A stretch of DNA of 59,146 bases, the filler included, from Catajapyx aquilonaris (taxonomy: Eukaryota): NCBI GenBank assembly GCA_000934665.2. It is 3 parts of 3 records of this genome, joined end to end, with 100 filler letters (N's around TTAATTAATTAA, not from the genome) between each part and the next. Parts side by side here need not be neighbours in the genome. Positions count along the whole stretch, not along the records: positions 1 to 19,706 come from JYFJ02006419.1; positions 19,807 to 39,426 come from JYFJ02006420.1; 1 more part is not named here. One strand, written 5' to 3'. Positions 12,468 through 26,100 of this stretch are shown here, piece by piece. The notes under the pieces are model-generated. The model saw only the letters and a program-made list of their open reading frames with translations, was not told the origin of the DNA and made no database searches. The number at the start of each line of letters is the position of its first letter. The first letter of the stretch is position 1. Both the position numbers and the translations under genes were made by a program.

Positions 12468-12926
12468 GTTGACATCCAGGTCAACAGTTTGAGCAACACC
12501 CTACCTCAACTATACCAGTTTCTCACATCACAAATAATTGGAGAAATTATGGAGACAACACCAAATGTCCAGAGCTTTTCTGCTGCATTTGATGACTTTA
12601 TGGAAGAAGTGGTTACATGTGGAAAACTGATCAAGTTTATGTACGTCTTCATGTTCGACGAGATCAATCATATTCCATACGGAGCCAGCGAGGATGAGCT
12701 CGAGAAACTGCGACTAATGGTGGATATCATGAAAATGCACATGCTGAACCTGCTTTCCATCGCCTCAATGCAGTGGAACATACCAGTCTTCGCAACCGTA
12801 GCTGACCTCCACCAGCTGCTGTACGATGAGCAGTTTTCTGCTTACATGGAATACTTTGATGTTACAAGCGGCATGGTGGAGCTCTTCTACGGTACCTACG
12901 CAATCGTTTTTAACGAGACGCTGTAA
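12468..12926 (+). CDS. Terminal exon of a spliced gene; divergent cullin-repeat/CACUL1-like helical domain
   Basis: Acceptor TTTTTTTTTAAATTCTTTAG|GTT; 152-codon open frame [19 protein letters not shown]...VFNETL* with coding-like composition in AT-rich flanks. Pattern resembles CACUL1 as recalled from memory (see findings). Confidence 0.6.
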   Translation, partial: [152 protein letters not shown]

Positions 12927-14789
12927 AGCCAGGTTAGCAAAATATTGGGATAATTAAGTTATTATCACTACCTTTTCTTTCAGTTCTGTCCTGCACCATT
13001 GATGCAAAAATGATTTTTTTTTAAGTAGAACTTTCCAGATCGTATTGTACATATGCGTTGAAGTATACAACGCGCAGATTTGATTTGAATAATTAGCCTA
13101 ATACTTTTTTTTAAATTTTTTGGCAGGCAAGGAGCAGTAATGAAGAAGCGAACTGAAGGATTTTTGGAGCCAGAACCAACGTTTGTCAATTGGTTGTCAT
13201 TTAGGACAAGTTTCCGTCCTTTTTATGTATTCACACACTCAAGCACATGATTGATATTGCACATAGCCTAATTAGTGTTAGTAAATAGTATTTGCACAAG
13301 GTGGTGTCCAGACCATGTTCATCATTCAAGAAGGGGTTAAGGAAAAATGATGAATTGGTGACCCCAGCAACCAGTAAAGAGAAGCAACAATCACTTGGGA
13401 ATGTGACCCTGCTGATTGCTGACTTCCAACATGTTACTTCTCTTTAAACTGGTTGTTGGGATGAACATTCCACACATTCTCCCTGTTGAACTGGGGTCTT
13501 TGGCAATCCAACCTTTAATCAAGTTGAAGACCTGAAATGCAGAACGATTAGTTACAATGAAATGATTTCGCAGAATGAGGGTTGGATGTTTGAAGACTGC
13601 ATTATTCCTCGTGGAATAGTTTTTTAAAATTTTGAAACATCTCTCAGGATGTTGTTGAGTAGAACACTGCATTGACAATCAGAACGTACCCTTCGAGGAC
13701 TGTATTACAGAATGTACGAGTATATCTCAATTCTGACCAAAATGTGACCAAGATCGTTCTGCATTTTAGGACTTCATCTTTGTATCAATCAGCCTCATGA
13801 GGCGTTTCTATTGAGAAACATGCACTATTTCCAAGATTACTCAAGATATTGTTCCTTAAGATTGTATAAGGATTGGGAAAATACGTATGGGTTTACGTTA
13901 AGGGAAGCTCCCAACCACAGCCTTATCTGAATCAACTCCTTCCGGATCACCCACCGTGATAACTGAGTGCGATAAAAGGCGGCGCAGAGTTGTCATTTTT
14001 TGTTTATGATCATTTCCGATGTGCCTTATGTCAAATGTAGCTTATGACAACTACGCTTCTTACAAGCTAGCGTCCCCAGTTATCGTGGTGGGTGATCAGG
14101 AGTGGGTTGCATTCAACAGTGGGCAGAAGCTGCCTTTTAACATAGACCAGCTACATATTTTGATCATGTCGAAGAATAGTCTATTATGTTCAGAACTGAG
14201 CAGAGGCGTTGAGATATTTTTATCCAGAATATGGTCTGATTATTATCTACCCAGACAATACGCAAATGAGGCCGCTTATTGCTTGCCTTCTCAGTTTGTT
14301 GCATTTAGCAAATGTATATTCGACTAAAGTTCCACCGTCACTTTCTGGGCCTATGCAACAGTTCTGTTTTATGTTATTACTGGGAGTGTTTATTTACACA
14401 TTTATGCTTTTATTACCTACAGCATACTATTTTCACATTATATTGCGCTGGCAAACCCTTAAATGTAAATTTCGTTGTTATGTTTCATTGCAGTTTATTA
14501 AAGCTTTTTCTACAGTAAGTCGTTACTCTCAGATTGGTATTTTTAAAGTGAACCACTATCAAAATAGTCAACTGTATTTTTATGGCATTGTTATAAAAAG
14601 TTGATGCCAGCGCACTATCTTCTGAAGATAATATATACTTTTAAGTCAGATACATCAATGATTTGGAATCAGCATATTTGGTGTAATGTTTTCAGGAATA
14701 AAAAGTTATATATGTTAAAGTTTTGATGTTCTTCATTTTGTTGCCTTTACAACACACATTATTAAAGCTACAATAATATTTCCAGGATA

Positions 14790-15027
14790 GTTCGAATCCC
14801 GGGGCCGGCAACTCTGACCGTGGTTTTCTGTGGTTTCCCACGGTCCTTCCAGGAAAATTACGGAGTTGCTTCCGTAATTAATAGGCCACAGCCGCTTCCT
14901 TCCGTCCCTATCATATCCCAAAAAGCGCAGTAAAATGAAAGCAAAGAGTTCCAGGCAAAACAAAAACTTCCCCCCTAATGAGCCGCTAGGCTGATAACGG
15001 GGTATGAATTATTAAATTATTATTATT
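14790..15027 (+). mobile_element. 5'-truncated tRNA-derived SINE (third family)
   Basis: Starts at B box GTTCGAATCCC; body GTGGTTTTCTGTGGTTTCCC...GGCCACAGCCGCTTCCTTCC; (TTA)n tail; 14-bp TSD ATATTTCCAGGATA (14776-14789, 15028-15041). Confidence 0.85.
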
Positions 15028-15576
15028 ATATTTCCAGGATAAAACATACCTCCACTCTGATAAACCTCGTATGGCCTACTTTGATATTATTTTATTCTTC
15101 TTTAGGTCATCACTAATGTCTAATGATTATCCCCCCTCATCGCCCGACATTCTTTAAAAATATTCACAATTAATATAAATCAAACGCTAGCATTTTTAAC
15201 GAATGAATTCTTTATTAATTCTGTAGCTTATAAGTACCGTACAAAAAAGTACAGTATGCCTATTTTGTAGTTTATATCTTTAGTGTATGAAGGCCTACAC
15301 AAACTGTCAATGGCCTTGAAACTTCAATGACGACATTTTCCACCCAGATTTACATACAAACTGCATGAGTTCCATCCCCAGCCCTCAATTTCGTAGTCAT
15401 TTTATATTTTCCGTGCATAAATTTTGGAGTTTTTAAATGGAGAGGACTATACAGTGTGCCTTGTGCTTAACCATAGCTAATTTAGTTGTTGGCAGTTGTA
15501 TATACAGGACAGTCGCAATATTATGTTGATAACTAATGCTCGTCTGTGATCGTTGGAATGTGTAAAATAATACATA

Positions 15577-15737
15577 CAGTTGAATCCGGATATATCAGCA
15601 TCGGTTATAACAGACTTTCGGTTATAACAGACTCGAAGGGACGGTCCCAGCAAATTTTTTAAATATGGTTTGTGTATTCGACTATAACAGACCGATTTTC
15701 GTGGTCCCTTGAAGTCTGTTATATCCGAATTCAACTA
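15577..15737. mobile_element. pogo/Tigger-type MITE
   Basis: TA|CAGTTGAATCCGGATATA ... TATATCCGAATTCAACT(A)|TA, internal TTATAAC repeats, GGTCCC motif. Confidence 0.8.
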
Positions 15738-17066
15738 TAGGCTATCAGATTTTTGCTACGTCTCAACATGGAAAAACGCTCTAAGCTACAAGAGTTGGAT
15801 TAAAATGGCATCTGATATGCCGGTAAGTATGTTACTGTACATGATAGCAATCATTATTTTTAATGCGTTACACCAGAACAGAGTAGGGGGGAAACTATTA
15901 AGAATGCTGTTTGTTATCGGATATGTTTTGACGCTTCCTTGCAGATGCTGTGGGTTTCACGGGGGAAAAAAATATCAAACGAGCAACGCAACCTAAATAA
16001 ATCAGCCTTAATTAACGGTTATGGTAAATCTTAGAGAGTAATTAAATTTATCTTTCTTCCGTACTTCTCATGATTCCTGATAGCATACTTTTGGAATAGT
16101 TTTAGAGCTTTGGCATTTGATAACACAGATAGAACACGTCCGCACGCTCCTAACAAAGATATTCACTATATGATCTTTAGAACTGTCATTTCAACTGGAA
16201 AATACTATAAGTAGTTACCATGTTTAGATATTTTAACAAATTGAAACAAAATAATTGATTATGCTGAATGCGAAAATTCCGAACATTGTACAGTTGCATG
16301 CAGTTGTGTGTCTGAACAATCAAAAAAAAAATAAAACTGTCGCATAAATAGCCAGCATATAGAAATAGAAGTTATGACAGTCATTTACCACAAATACCAC
16401 TATTGACACAAATCCCATTATGCCCATTCAGATTGCACCTTTTGTTGATGGGTAGGCCATAATAACCGACAGTGACGTCGCAACTTGAATGTTGTCATTA
16501 TTATTACACCCCTAGCTTTCCATGCACGGCATCCACGGAGGCCGTGATAAATAACGTCGAGCTTCCAACCCACTTTTGGCCATTAATCATTAGCGTGATC
16601 CAGTGCGCTGCATGGATCCATGGATTGGAGCATGAATGCAAATCATGTAGTCCTGTGCTTGTACAAGTCCCGAAAATCCCTTTGGATTAGCGGAATGTGT
16701 TCCCGCAACAGACTCGACGGTACGTCAGTTGGGCTGCTATGTGGATTTTGGGGAGCAGACTGGGAATTGTACAACGTGTGGACTGGCTGGGAATTTCCAG
16801 TGATTAGACACTCAAAGAAATGGCCCAATCCCTCATCAAAACTGTCCCTGCTGGATGGCTACCTGGGCCCAATGTGCACTTGTGTGCAGCTGGTTCTGTT
16901 AGAGCAATGTTATTGCGAAACTATCACTTACATGATAATGTTTCACATGCTTGATTTGCTTATAGATTTATAATATTAAGATTTTGCTATTGCTGTATAT
17001 TACAGGCCAAAAGAGACCTGGCAGTTCCTTCCAGAAATTTTTTGTACACGTTAATCGCTCCATATA

Positions 17067-17346
17067 CAGGGTGAAGGGAAACTCGCGGATAATCGCCAGG
17101 TAGACTGATAGTACTCGGAAATGTAATATATGAATGTGCAATTAGTTTCGGCAGCCGTTGCATAGTTAATGCGTACGACGCCTTCCAAGTTTCGTGACGT
17201 CACATCCGCTCCACCTGTTTCAAAAAGCAAAGGTCAGCTCGCATTAACTACGCAACGGAGCCAAAAACTAACTGCACATCCCTATATTAGTTTTGCGAGT
17301 ACTATCAGGCTACCTAGCAATTGTCCACGAGTTTCCCTTCACCCTG
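17067..17346. mobile_element. mariner/maT-type palindromic MITE
   Basis: TA|CAGGGTGAAGGGAAACTCG ... CGAGTTTCCCTTCACCCTG|TA, imperfect arms of ~100 bp. Confidence 0.85.
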
Positions 17347-18777
17347 TATGCACTGTACCCTATGGAATGAATGATTCTCTGGCAGGTCAATACGACTATT
17401 ACTGTGTCAGTGGACCCTTTCAATCTGAAAGACCCTTGCATCTTGAGCCTCTTCCTCCTATCCCCTACCCTCCAGCTGATAGGATTATGGGACCCTTTAT
17501 CCCACCCTGTCTACAAAAAGCCATTCTCTCTCTCTGTCTCCTCAGCATCTGTTACCCCAATCATCGTGCGATACTATGTTGAAATTATCTAAAGAGTTTA
17601 CTAAATGTTCCATAGGATTCTGTGATTATGAACATCTACTTGCCAATAACTAATCATTACCCCATTTAGGGGTTAGTTGTATCATTGCAAATTAGTGAAT
17701 AGTCTGACGATTTTCTCCCTAATTTTTCGAGTTCCTTACCTCCTTCCCAATATGATACTATGTACAATCTCAACAATATGAAAAGTGTGACAAGAATGGG
17801 TGAGAAGCGAATGTTACCATCGATTTTCACTTATAGAACCCAAAGAAATGAAACAGCAAACATCATAGCATCCAACATGTGGAGAGGTTGTTTCTGGCAA
17901 TTCCCCCTCAAATTGGGCTGCGTTGAAGTGTGCAGGATGCTGCCAGCGTCCCGCAGAGGCTGGCTGGAGCTTTTTGCTATCGATATCACCAATCGATACC
18001 GCCGTGGAGAGCCAGCCCTAGTGTTGGATCAATAGGCACTCAGGATCCCAGGCCATGCAAAATACGGATGACATGCTGGAAAAGGATTTTTATGGGGGGT
18101 ATGGATGGGGGGGGGGGGGATACTCCTGAATAGTCATGCTACTGCATTTGTTAACTCTCATTTCAGTTGGAGTTGTGCCTGCTGGATTGCCTTCTAGTCA
18201 ACAAAGCAGTGCTCTGCGGGCATATTGTTTTCGGATATCTGACGGTATAATGGGAATGTTTGTGGGGTCATATCCCTCGGTCCAGTGTCTACTCGCATAT
18301 CTGGGGTCTTTGCTGCTCAGGACAGCTTGTCAGGAGTTATAGACTCGGAAGTTTCTGATAGTATCGTTTAATGTCGTCACAAATGTTATGAATTTGCATA
18401 AGCGACAATATTTTCCGCTTCTGTTTTGTCAAAGGCTTACTGTAGCTTCTGTGGACCTGGAACTGATGGACGCACTTTACCATTTGAAGCTAGCACTCTG
18501 CCTACTAGTTGCTGACTATCTAGAGACACTACGTCCGACCAATCAAACTCTGCCAACAGCTGCTGGTGACTGTTGAAAAATACTGTACAAATGCTTTCAC
18601 CCTAATGCTCAGACAGCTGAAACAACTGACTTTCACATGACGTGCAATAAAAACGAACCGTCACAGGGTGTTCCGGCTTGATAGATATTCACTCTCTTGT
18701 GCTGACTATTGCTAATTCATTATAACAGCTATAAGCACTGTCTTGTGTCTTTACTTTTCTGTTTGCCGTATAGCGTA

Positions 18778-19030
18778 CAGTGTTGGACATTAATCGCGTC
18801 ATACTGCTAGCGACATTTTCCGATGCGGCAGACGTGCAATCGAAGTGAGAAAGAAATGGTAGGCCTTGGGTGACGTCACCTACTGGGGACAAGCCTTCTT
18901 TCCATCGCCCCCCAGCCGGTGACATCACCAAAGGCCTACCTCTTCTGATTCGCACGGCTCGCACTCTATCACTTCGATTTGCACGTCTGCCGCATCGCTG
19001 GAAGTACGACGCTATTAATGTCCAACACTG
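18778..19030. mobile_element. Palindromic MITE (CAGTGTTGGAC family), copy 1
   Basis: CAGTGTTGGACATTAAT ... ATTAATGTCCAACACTG; second copy at 56874. Confidence 0.8.
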
Positions 19031-19303
19031 CACCGGTACATTAGAGACGTCTCCTTTAGTGCAGGAGCCTCGGCAGGAGCACTATTTGAGATCAATCTTA
19101 CAAGGGAAGGTCACGGGGTGATAATGACGGATCTTTATGAAATTTATCAGGACAATATATGATGCCCAAAAATGAAATATTTCGTGCGGAACCCCATATT
19201 TGCAAAAGTTATGACGTCTTAAAGTTCCAAAAATAAGACATTTTCATACTCCATGGGATTACATTAGCGAACACATATAATTACATTGAAGTGTGTAATC
19301 AGT

Positions 19304-19706
19304 TTCTAGAACTTTTCTCATCGGAAAAAGTCCTACACACCGGCTCTGGCCGTCCGTCCGTCCGTCTGTGGACATGTATCAAGGCCTAAACCGTAAGAGA
19401 TAGCGACAAACGGCTTTCATATTCGGATTGAGCGTGACCAAAATAGGTTTCATGGTCAACTTCTGGTGACCCGCCACTTCCGGTCTTCCGGGTTCACTCT
19501 ATCCGCACAAGTCTACTTTACGGGCGGGTTATCGTTGGATTTCAAAGTTAGTTTCCGTGTATTCCTGACCGTGTTTTTCGGGGATTTACTCCGGGTTTTA
19601 CCTGACTCTCTGGCACAGGGGCTGTGGAATTTATTCCTGACGTTGGACATGTTTGCAATGAGCGTCATCGGCCGCCATGATGTTATCGCCCAAGCCGATA
19701 CCAGGG
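19304..19706 (+). mobile_element. Helentron-associated (HINE/DINE-1-like) non-autonomous element, cut by the gap
   Basis: 5' short hairpin ACTTTTCTC-ATC-GGAAAAAGT, (GTCC)n microsatellite, then AAACCGTAAGAGATAGC typical of HINEs. Confidence 0.55.
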
Positions 19707-19806
19707 NNNNNNNNNNNNNNNNNNNNNNNNNNNNNNNNNNNNNNNNNNNNTTAATTAATTAANNNNNNNNNNNNNNNNNNNNNNNNNNNNNNNNNNNNNN
19801 NNNNNN
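19707..19806. other. Assembly gap with artificial six-frame stop linker
   Basis: N44-TTAATTAATTAA-N44. Confidence 0.95.
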
Positions 19807-20778
19807 GCTCGTATGCGCGCATTTAGTGAAAGGACACGATGGTTATATTTATCCTCCGGCATGGGCAAGTCAAAAAATATCAAAAAAAGGCTTTATCGCT
19901 TACGGGGTACGCAAGGTCAGCCCAGCGACCCCCACCGTAGCCGGCCAACACCCCCCAAGCCCTGTTGCCGCTGACTCGGTTCTGTTATCATGCCGTGTGG
20001 GTTGCTTAGGATAGCCAGGATAAAGCTCGTTTGCGGGGTGTATGAAACTATATGTCGTATATAGTACAAGGAGACTATATTCAAAAATGACACTGTCGTT
20101 TTATTTCCATCACCGCTGGAACATAGTCATGGTGGAAGCTTTTGGCGCCTACCTCGTACAATGATGCATCAGTGTCGAAATTACATACGAATAAAATGAC
20201 CATATGTGCACTGCAATTTACACATTACCATACCACATGTTAAACAAATTCAATAACGTACAGCACTTCCTGTAATTGTGCCTAGCATTTATTCGAAATA
20301 AAATATCTTCATACTATCCAGCCCTTTATTTTAACGCTAAAAACATAAATATCTCTTTGATTACGAAGATTGTAAGAATATAATCAAAATACAAAGGGTG
20401 CCTGAAGAATTGGCTTTAAGGCGAACATGTCCACTTGAGAGGTTTTAGGTTCAGTACCTCATGCTGGCTATCACTCATGCCAATGACAATACCACGATAG
20501 TCATCAAATATACGCTACAGCCATGTCCTTTCCTCCATCCTTAAGCCTACGGAGCAGTGGCAAAAAAATACATATAAATGAAATAAAGTGAACAACAACA
20601 AAATATAAGACTTACTTCAACAAGGGGCATTTAAGGGGATTCACCTGTCATACATTAAGGTATGTTCCCAAAGCAGCTTTTTAACGCAAAATCGTTCTGT
20701 AACAGTGCCCTCTTGTTGCTGTCACAGCTAGATAAGTGATGTCATGACCAAAGTCAACTGTGGCGTCAGCTGTGGCAG

Positions 20779-21209
20779 CTATATTTCAGGAGTTCCTACC
20801 CTTTTGCTGTGGCATTCTGGGCCAGGAATGCTACAAGTGCAGTGGCTGTCACAGCTTTTCCTCATTGTAGCATTCCCAACTGCTACGACAGCCCCCTTCC
20901 AGCTATACAGATGCAGCTCAAATGTTCTTAAAAAAGCTGTTCGGAAAACCACTCCGCCAGCAGAGAGGTTTTCCTCAGTCACAGCCTTCCTCGAAAAGAT
21001 CTTATTTTGCCAACAACTCTCACAGATGAATATTGTCAGTGGAAGTCTAACTTGGAACTGCACTCCCTCTTGAGCATGCCAGTGGAATGAACTGAACCCA
21101 CCTCCAATCTCGCAAGCTAAATCAGAATGAGTGCCAGGTGAAGTGGAGTTGTAGTACTCCCGATTATGTCGACGGATAACTGGAAAGCATGGATAATCGG
21201 AAAATGGTC
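20779..21209 (-). CDS. Putative orphan coding exon downstream of PSME4
   Basis: Acceptor TGTGTAG|GA, ~140-codon open frame GPFSDYPCFPVIRRHNREYY...; an upstream piece (21299-21319, DKVKIYG|GTAAG) is in matching phase 1. No recognisable family. Confidence 0.3.
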
Positions 21210-21367
21210 CTACACATAGTAAAAAGGAGCTATTCATAGATAATGTACTACTGTATAGAGAGTATGTTACTTGGTTGAATCAAAATACTGAAACTTACCA
21301 TAGATTTTTACTTTGTCTTCTAGAAAAAGTCTCTTATATTTCTTCGTTGGCGAGACATATTGACAGT

Positions 21368-21440
21368 GGGTAGAATTTTCATCCTACTGCTAGTTACTGC
21401 TAACTTAGCAGTATCTAGCAGTGGTACGAAAATTCGACAC
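21368..21440. mobile_element. Small palindromic MITE
   Basis: GAATTTTCATCCTACTGCTAGTTACTGCTAA / TTAGCAGTATCTAGCAGTGGTACGAAAATTC fold-back. Confidence 0.6.
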
Positions 21441-23196
21441 ATTTTTTCGGACTTTTATTTTAAATTATTTTTTGGCAATGCACAGATAATCTGCACCTGG
21501 GTAATGGGGAATAGAGTGTCGTTTAAGAAACAGTCGTAAGCATATTGATTGCATAGCACTATAGCAATCCATGAATATGTAACGGCTTCAATTAAAATCT
21601 ATTGTAAATTATGTCTGGGTATAATTGAAAGTAGATCATGTTCCATGCTTCTGGACATATTGGGAGGTTTTAAAATTATGGAGTGCTTTTAATGAAGTAC
21701 CATTTTAAAGTCTCTGTAGTTCTGGAAGGTTGTCAAATCAACATGGAAGTAGGAATTACACATATTGTAATGCTCCAGCTGGTGCCAGCCTCCTCTGACC
21801 AACCTGGAGGTGCAACGGTGAACCCAGGTTAAGAGTGGTGCAGATTCGGTGGGTCTGACGCCGACACAGGATCTTTCACAGAAACTGACAAGTCACAAGA
21901 TGCACTGGACTCCGGATTATCCATGAGCAGATTATTAGTAGTGCATTGAAAAAAAAAAAAAGTTAGAAAAGTCTGAAAGAATGTCAATATGTTTTGCAAC
22001 ATACTTTTTCCAAATGCCAAACCAAATGTCTATTGTAGGTTCTATTATTTTGATTAAACCTTCTTTAACGCTTTCACCGCCATGTACGAGATGCATGGTA
22101 CAAGAACTTCAGCGAATTTTTTGCGGAACTTCTATAAGGTGTAAATGAATGCGGTTTTCGGCATATCCACAAGCAAGCCAGAGAGTACTCACCCCAAAAA
22201 TTACATGCTTGAGTGTTTCGTCTGGTTTCGTCTGACATTACGATACGATGTCATCCTTGGGGGGCCATATTGGAAAAAGTTCTATGCGCAATGATAGAAT
22301 TGTATAAAGCTTAGCTCAATTCTAGGAATTTAGCTATTACTTAGATTGGTTTCTAAGCTATATTTTGCATAGAATCGTTCTTTGAACACACATTTCACCG
22401 GCTATTTTTTTCCCGACTCCGCAGTAGATGCATAGTTATAGTTATAGCTGTTATGCTACGCACGGCCTAGACTGTGGGAGAGGCGCAGTCGATCTGGCAG
22501 GAGCAGCCTTTCAATGCAGTTCAAATGATACAGCCGGCATGGGGCTAACACGTCGGGTTGGTGAGATATGGAATTTTTTAAATACGATTAAGTCATTAAG
22601 GAGTCATTGATGAGTCATGCAGGGGGAGTAGCAGATGAGAGGGCTAAAAAAGCATACACTATGCACAGTAGTTCATTTAAAACTTCTGAATATCTCATTT
22701 TTACAGTATCTAGTACCATTTTCAGATTATCCAGGAACACCTGTGCATTAATTAACATGGATGATCAGGATTGCAATGTATGCTTCAATTTCAATTCTGA
22801 TAGAACTTGGATATGGCCATGTTGTTGATTTTGTGACATAACCTCATCTCTCCTTTTCTGGCAAGATAAAACTGAATTCCCCCTTTGCCAAGGCTGGGGG
22901 AGGGGCTTGGGGCACGGGAGTGGTCACCCCTTTCAAGTTAAGACTTCTGCTGACACTAGAACATTTGAAATCAAAGGGCTCAAGAAATGATGCCAAGCAT
23001 TCCTGATTTGGGGGATTCATACATCTATCCTAGTGAGGTGATCCAGTTCTCTGCATATATACTTGCTCACAAAGCTTTGTTTTCTTGAAGAATTTGTTAA
23101 TTTCCCCCATGATACTCTAAAATTTGATTTAAAAAATACTGTGTAAGTTTTAAACATGTCATTTCACTGTTTAAACAGGGACAAGTTAGTTACGCT

Positions 23197-26100
23197 TTAA
23201 GCATAGTAACTTGGGGAGACAACCATGTCGACCAGAACTGCTAGCTGATCCTCTGTAAATTTTTCCTTATGTTCTTGCCAGTTGTCCTGGTGTGTGCGGT
23301 GAAATTCATTTAGGGCCTTCTTGATAGTAGCCTACAAAGTGGTACCAACTTAGTTAATGCTGATGGCAATAACAACTGCAATACTTACTGGAATAGGCTG
23401 TGGGTCATGCAGATGGTCACCTAAGACCATTATCATCTCAGGCACAATGTTAGGAACATCATAAGGGTGTGCCCTCACAACAGCACAGAGGCCCAGGATA
23501 CCTGCATGCCTCTGAACGATAGCTTCTAAGTTTGCCCTTCTACGCACCAGAGGCACTGCAGCTTTCTGCTTAAAGGTGCTCTAAAACACATGAATTAGAT
23601 ATCATCACCTTGTTCAGCAAGGTACTGTTCACAAATGCAGAATTGTCAATATCTAGCTATCTTGATAATGAATTCGCTCGTAATCAACATTATTTTCTCC
23701 AGTAGCCACCATGGGCATGCAAATATGGAGAAAGTTACAGAACTTTCTCCATATTTGCAAACCAGCACAAAATATGCATCTAATTTGTGTAAATTATGAG
23801 ATGACGAAAATCTGACATACCAACAAATCCTCAGAGGTGGGAATGAACTTGCAGTGCAACATTCCACCTAATACATCTGCAGCCTTAATGCGAACTTCCA
23901 AGTTTGGGTCACTTAGCAACCCTAGTACCATAGCCCTCACTGAGATCATCCATTCCTCTTGGGTTGGCAACAGGCATAAATTTGTGAAAACCATGACCTG
24001 CAGATACTCGAGGATGGAAGCCCGACAATGCCATGAGTGACTTGCAGCCACCTGTAATTCATAAACCATTACTATCACAAAGTTTGGGCAATGCCAAATC
24101 CAATTACCTCTTTGACAACCTCTAAGGCACTCGTTACTTGTTCGGGAAGAAGACGGGCCTGGGCTAAGCAGGAAATAGCAGCTGAGCAAACCTGGCCAAC
24201 TTCGGGATCTGTCTCATAGTTTTCTAATGCACATAGTATGGGAAGGAAGCGGAAAAAATACGGCTTGGCACCTTGGTATGACCTCAGAATACTTCCTGTA
24301 ATCCACTTGCTCACTGGAATATAATAAATTAAGAATTTCATATGTGAACTAGTTGATTCTCTTCTAACCTGTTTTCAGAAGCCGAAGAGCAGCCTTCTTT
24401 TCTTCTTCTGTAAGAGGTGACACTGCACCCTCTGAAATAGTAGTGATGAAATGGCATCATTTTCTATTGAGAGCACTCCGAAGAGCAAAAACCCTACCTG
24501 ATTTTATTAGCACTGCAACCTGAGGAAACAAGGCCTCCACTAACACAGCTGCGTGTGGGCCTCGAGATGCTGGTCCATGAGCATAAGTGACGTCATGAAT
24601 AAATACGGTGACTAGCACACTGCTAATCCTGTCTCTCACAGCCTGGTATGTGTGAGCCAAATGGGGGCGCAGATAGTTAATAAGACGCTCATAGAGCTTC
24701 TCCACACGCCACTCATGCTGACCTAGGGCCCCTTGCAGCAAATATAAACGGCTAAGAAGAAAAGAATGAAGGGCAATAAACAACAGGTCAACAGAAGCTT
24801 GCAAAAGCATGGCAACAAACCTGGCCTCCACAAAGGCACCTTCTTCTTCCCTCAATGGATCTTCCATCAACAGTTCCAGAAACCAATAAATTCTATTAGG
24901 ATCTCGGGAAGCCTGGAATAATTCGGTTGATATTAGACGTTATCAGCAAAGCAAATAACAATGTGAACAGCAGGAACATAACAACATTGGCATGATTTCC
25001 ATACATTTTTGGATCCAGTTCCCTGACACAAAAGAGCTTGCTTACGACAGCAGTGATGTCTCATTGCATAACCTTCCCACTGTGGCTAAACGTAGATCCC
25101 TTTTCCCACTGCATTTGGAGGGGGTGTCAAATTATGTATCCAAAAACTTATTGAAATTGTACCTAGTTCCATCCAATACTCACTGTGACGGTTGCACAAC
25201 AACTGGCCCAGTCTGCTATTGTTTCAGTTGTGACATTAGTTAATGCCACCTTCAGGATAGGAATGAGGATGCACCACAACTTTTCCACCTTTTCATATGA
25301 CCAGTGTTTTGAACCCTGAATCAGCCCAGCCAAGATCTCTGTTGCACATCGCTGGCTGCTTTCTGCTTTTTCGGCAACAAGTCTCTCCAAGTGAGGGACA
25401 AATTTATCAAGGAAGGCATTCCCATAGTTACGAAATAATCCCTGAAATAGTAATCATGTGACATATCATATAATCCACCTGAAACATTAGGTGTCGTCCA
25501 CGAAATAAATCACAGTGGTAGGGAGAATGTGCATAATGTGCTGGGGGGGGGGTTCAGTATAGTGTGACATCAATGCTCAAAATTCTAAAGAAAACAAAAG
25601 GCACTGGCAAATTTGATGAGAAGTCCATTATGTGGGGAGAAAAACTGAAAGTTGGGGGCATGATGTCCAGAGCAGTGCGACATGAGAGGGGTTTGGCTCA
25701 GCATGCAGGGCGGCAAACAAGCCGAAGGTCAGCATGATGTACTTTATGGACGACCCTTAACAACCACATCCCAACAGCTTAATCACCTTGAACATGCGGC
25801 ATCGCTTAATATCGAACCTATCTTTTCCTTTCCTGTCTTCCAGTGATAAGTAAGTTATCAGTTGATCCACATTTGATTGGTTCATAAAGAAGTTGTATAT
25901 CTCCCGTTCGGCTAGTGACATTGCTTCTGCTGAACGGTCTAAATTGGGCTGGTTGTCAGATGGGGCATAAACATCCAAATATCTGTTGTAAGGAAAATCA
26001 ACAGATTAATGAGAATATATGATCAAATATGATTCTCACCTATGCCATGCAAAATATCCAAGATGGGTCTTATGCAAGTAAGCAGTCGATTCCCATTCTT

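Noticed and set aside
13570..14327. Plus-strand exon-like segments and the 102-aa ORF at 14019
   Set aside because: Splice-like signals are present, but phases do not join into an open frame and no family is recognisable.
17400..17810. Possible decayed L2/CR1 RT fragment on the minus strand (HFSYC-like)
   Set aside because: One short motif among many stops.
19751..19762. TTAATTAATTAA palindrome between N runs (also 39471-39482)
   Set aside because: Identical, centred in 100-bp gaps, with stops in all six frames: a scaffolding linker, not biology.
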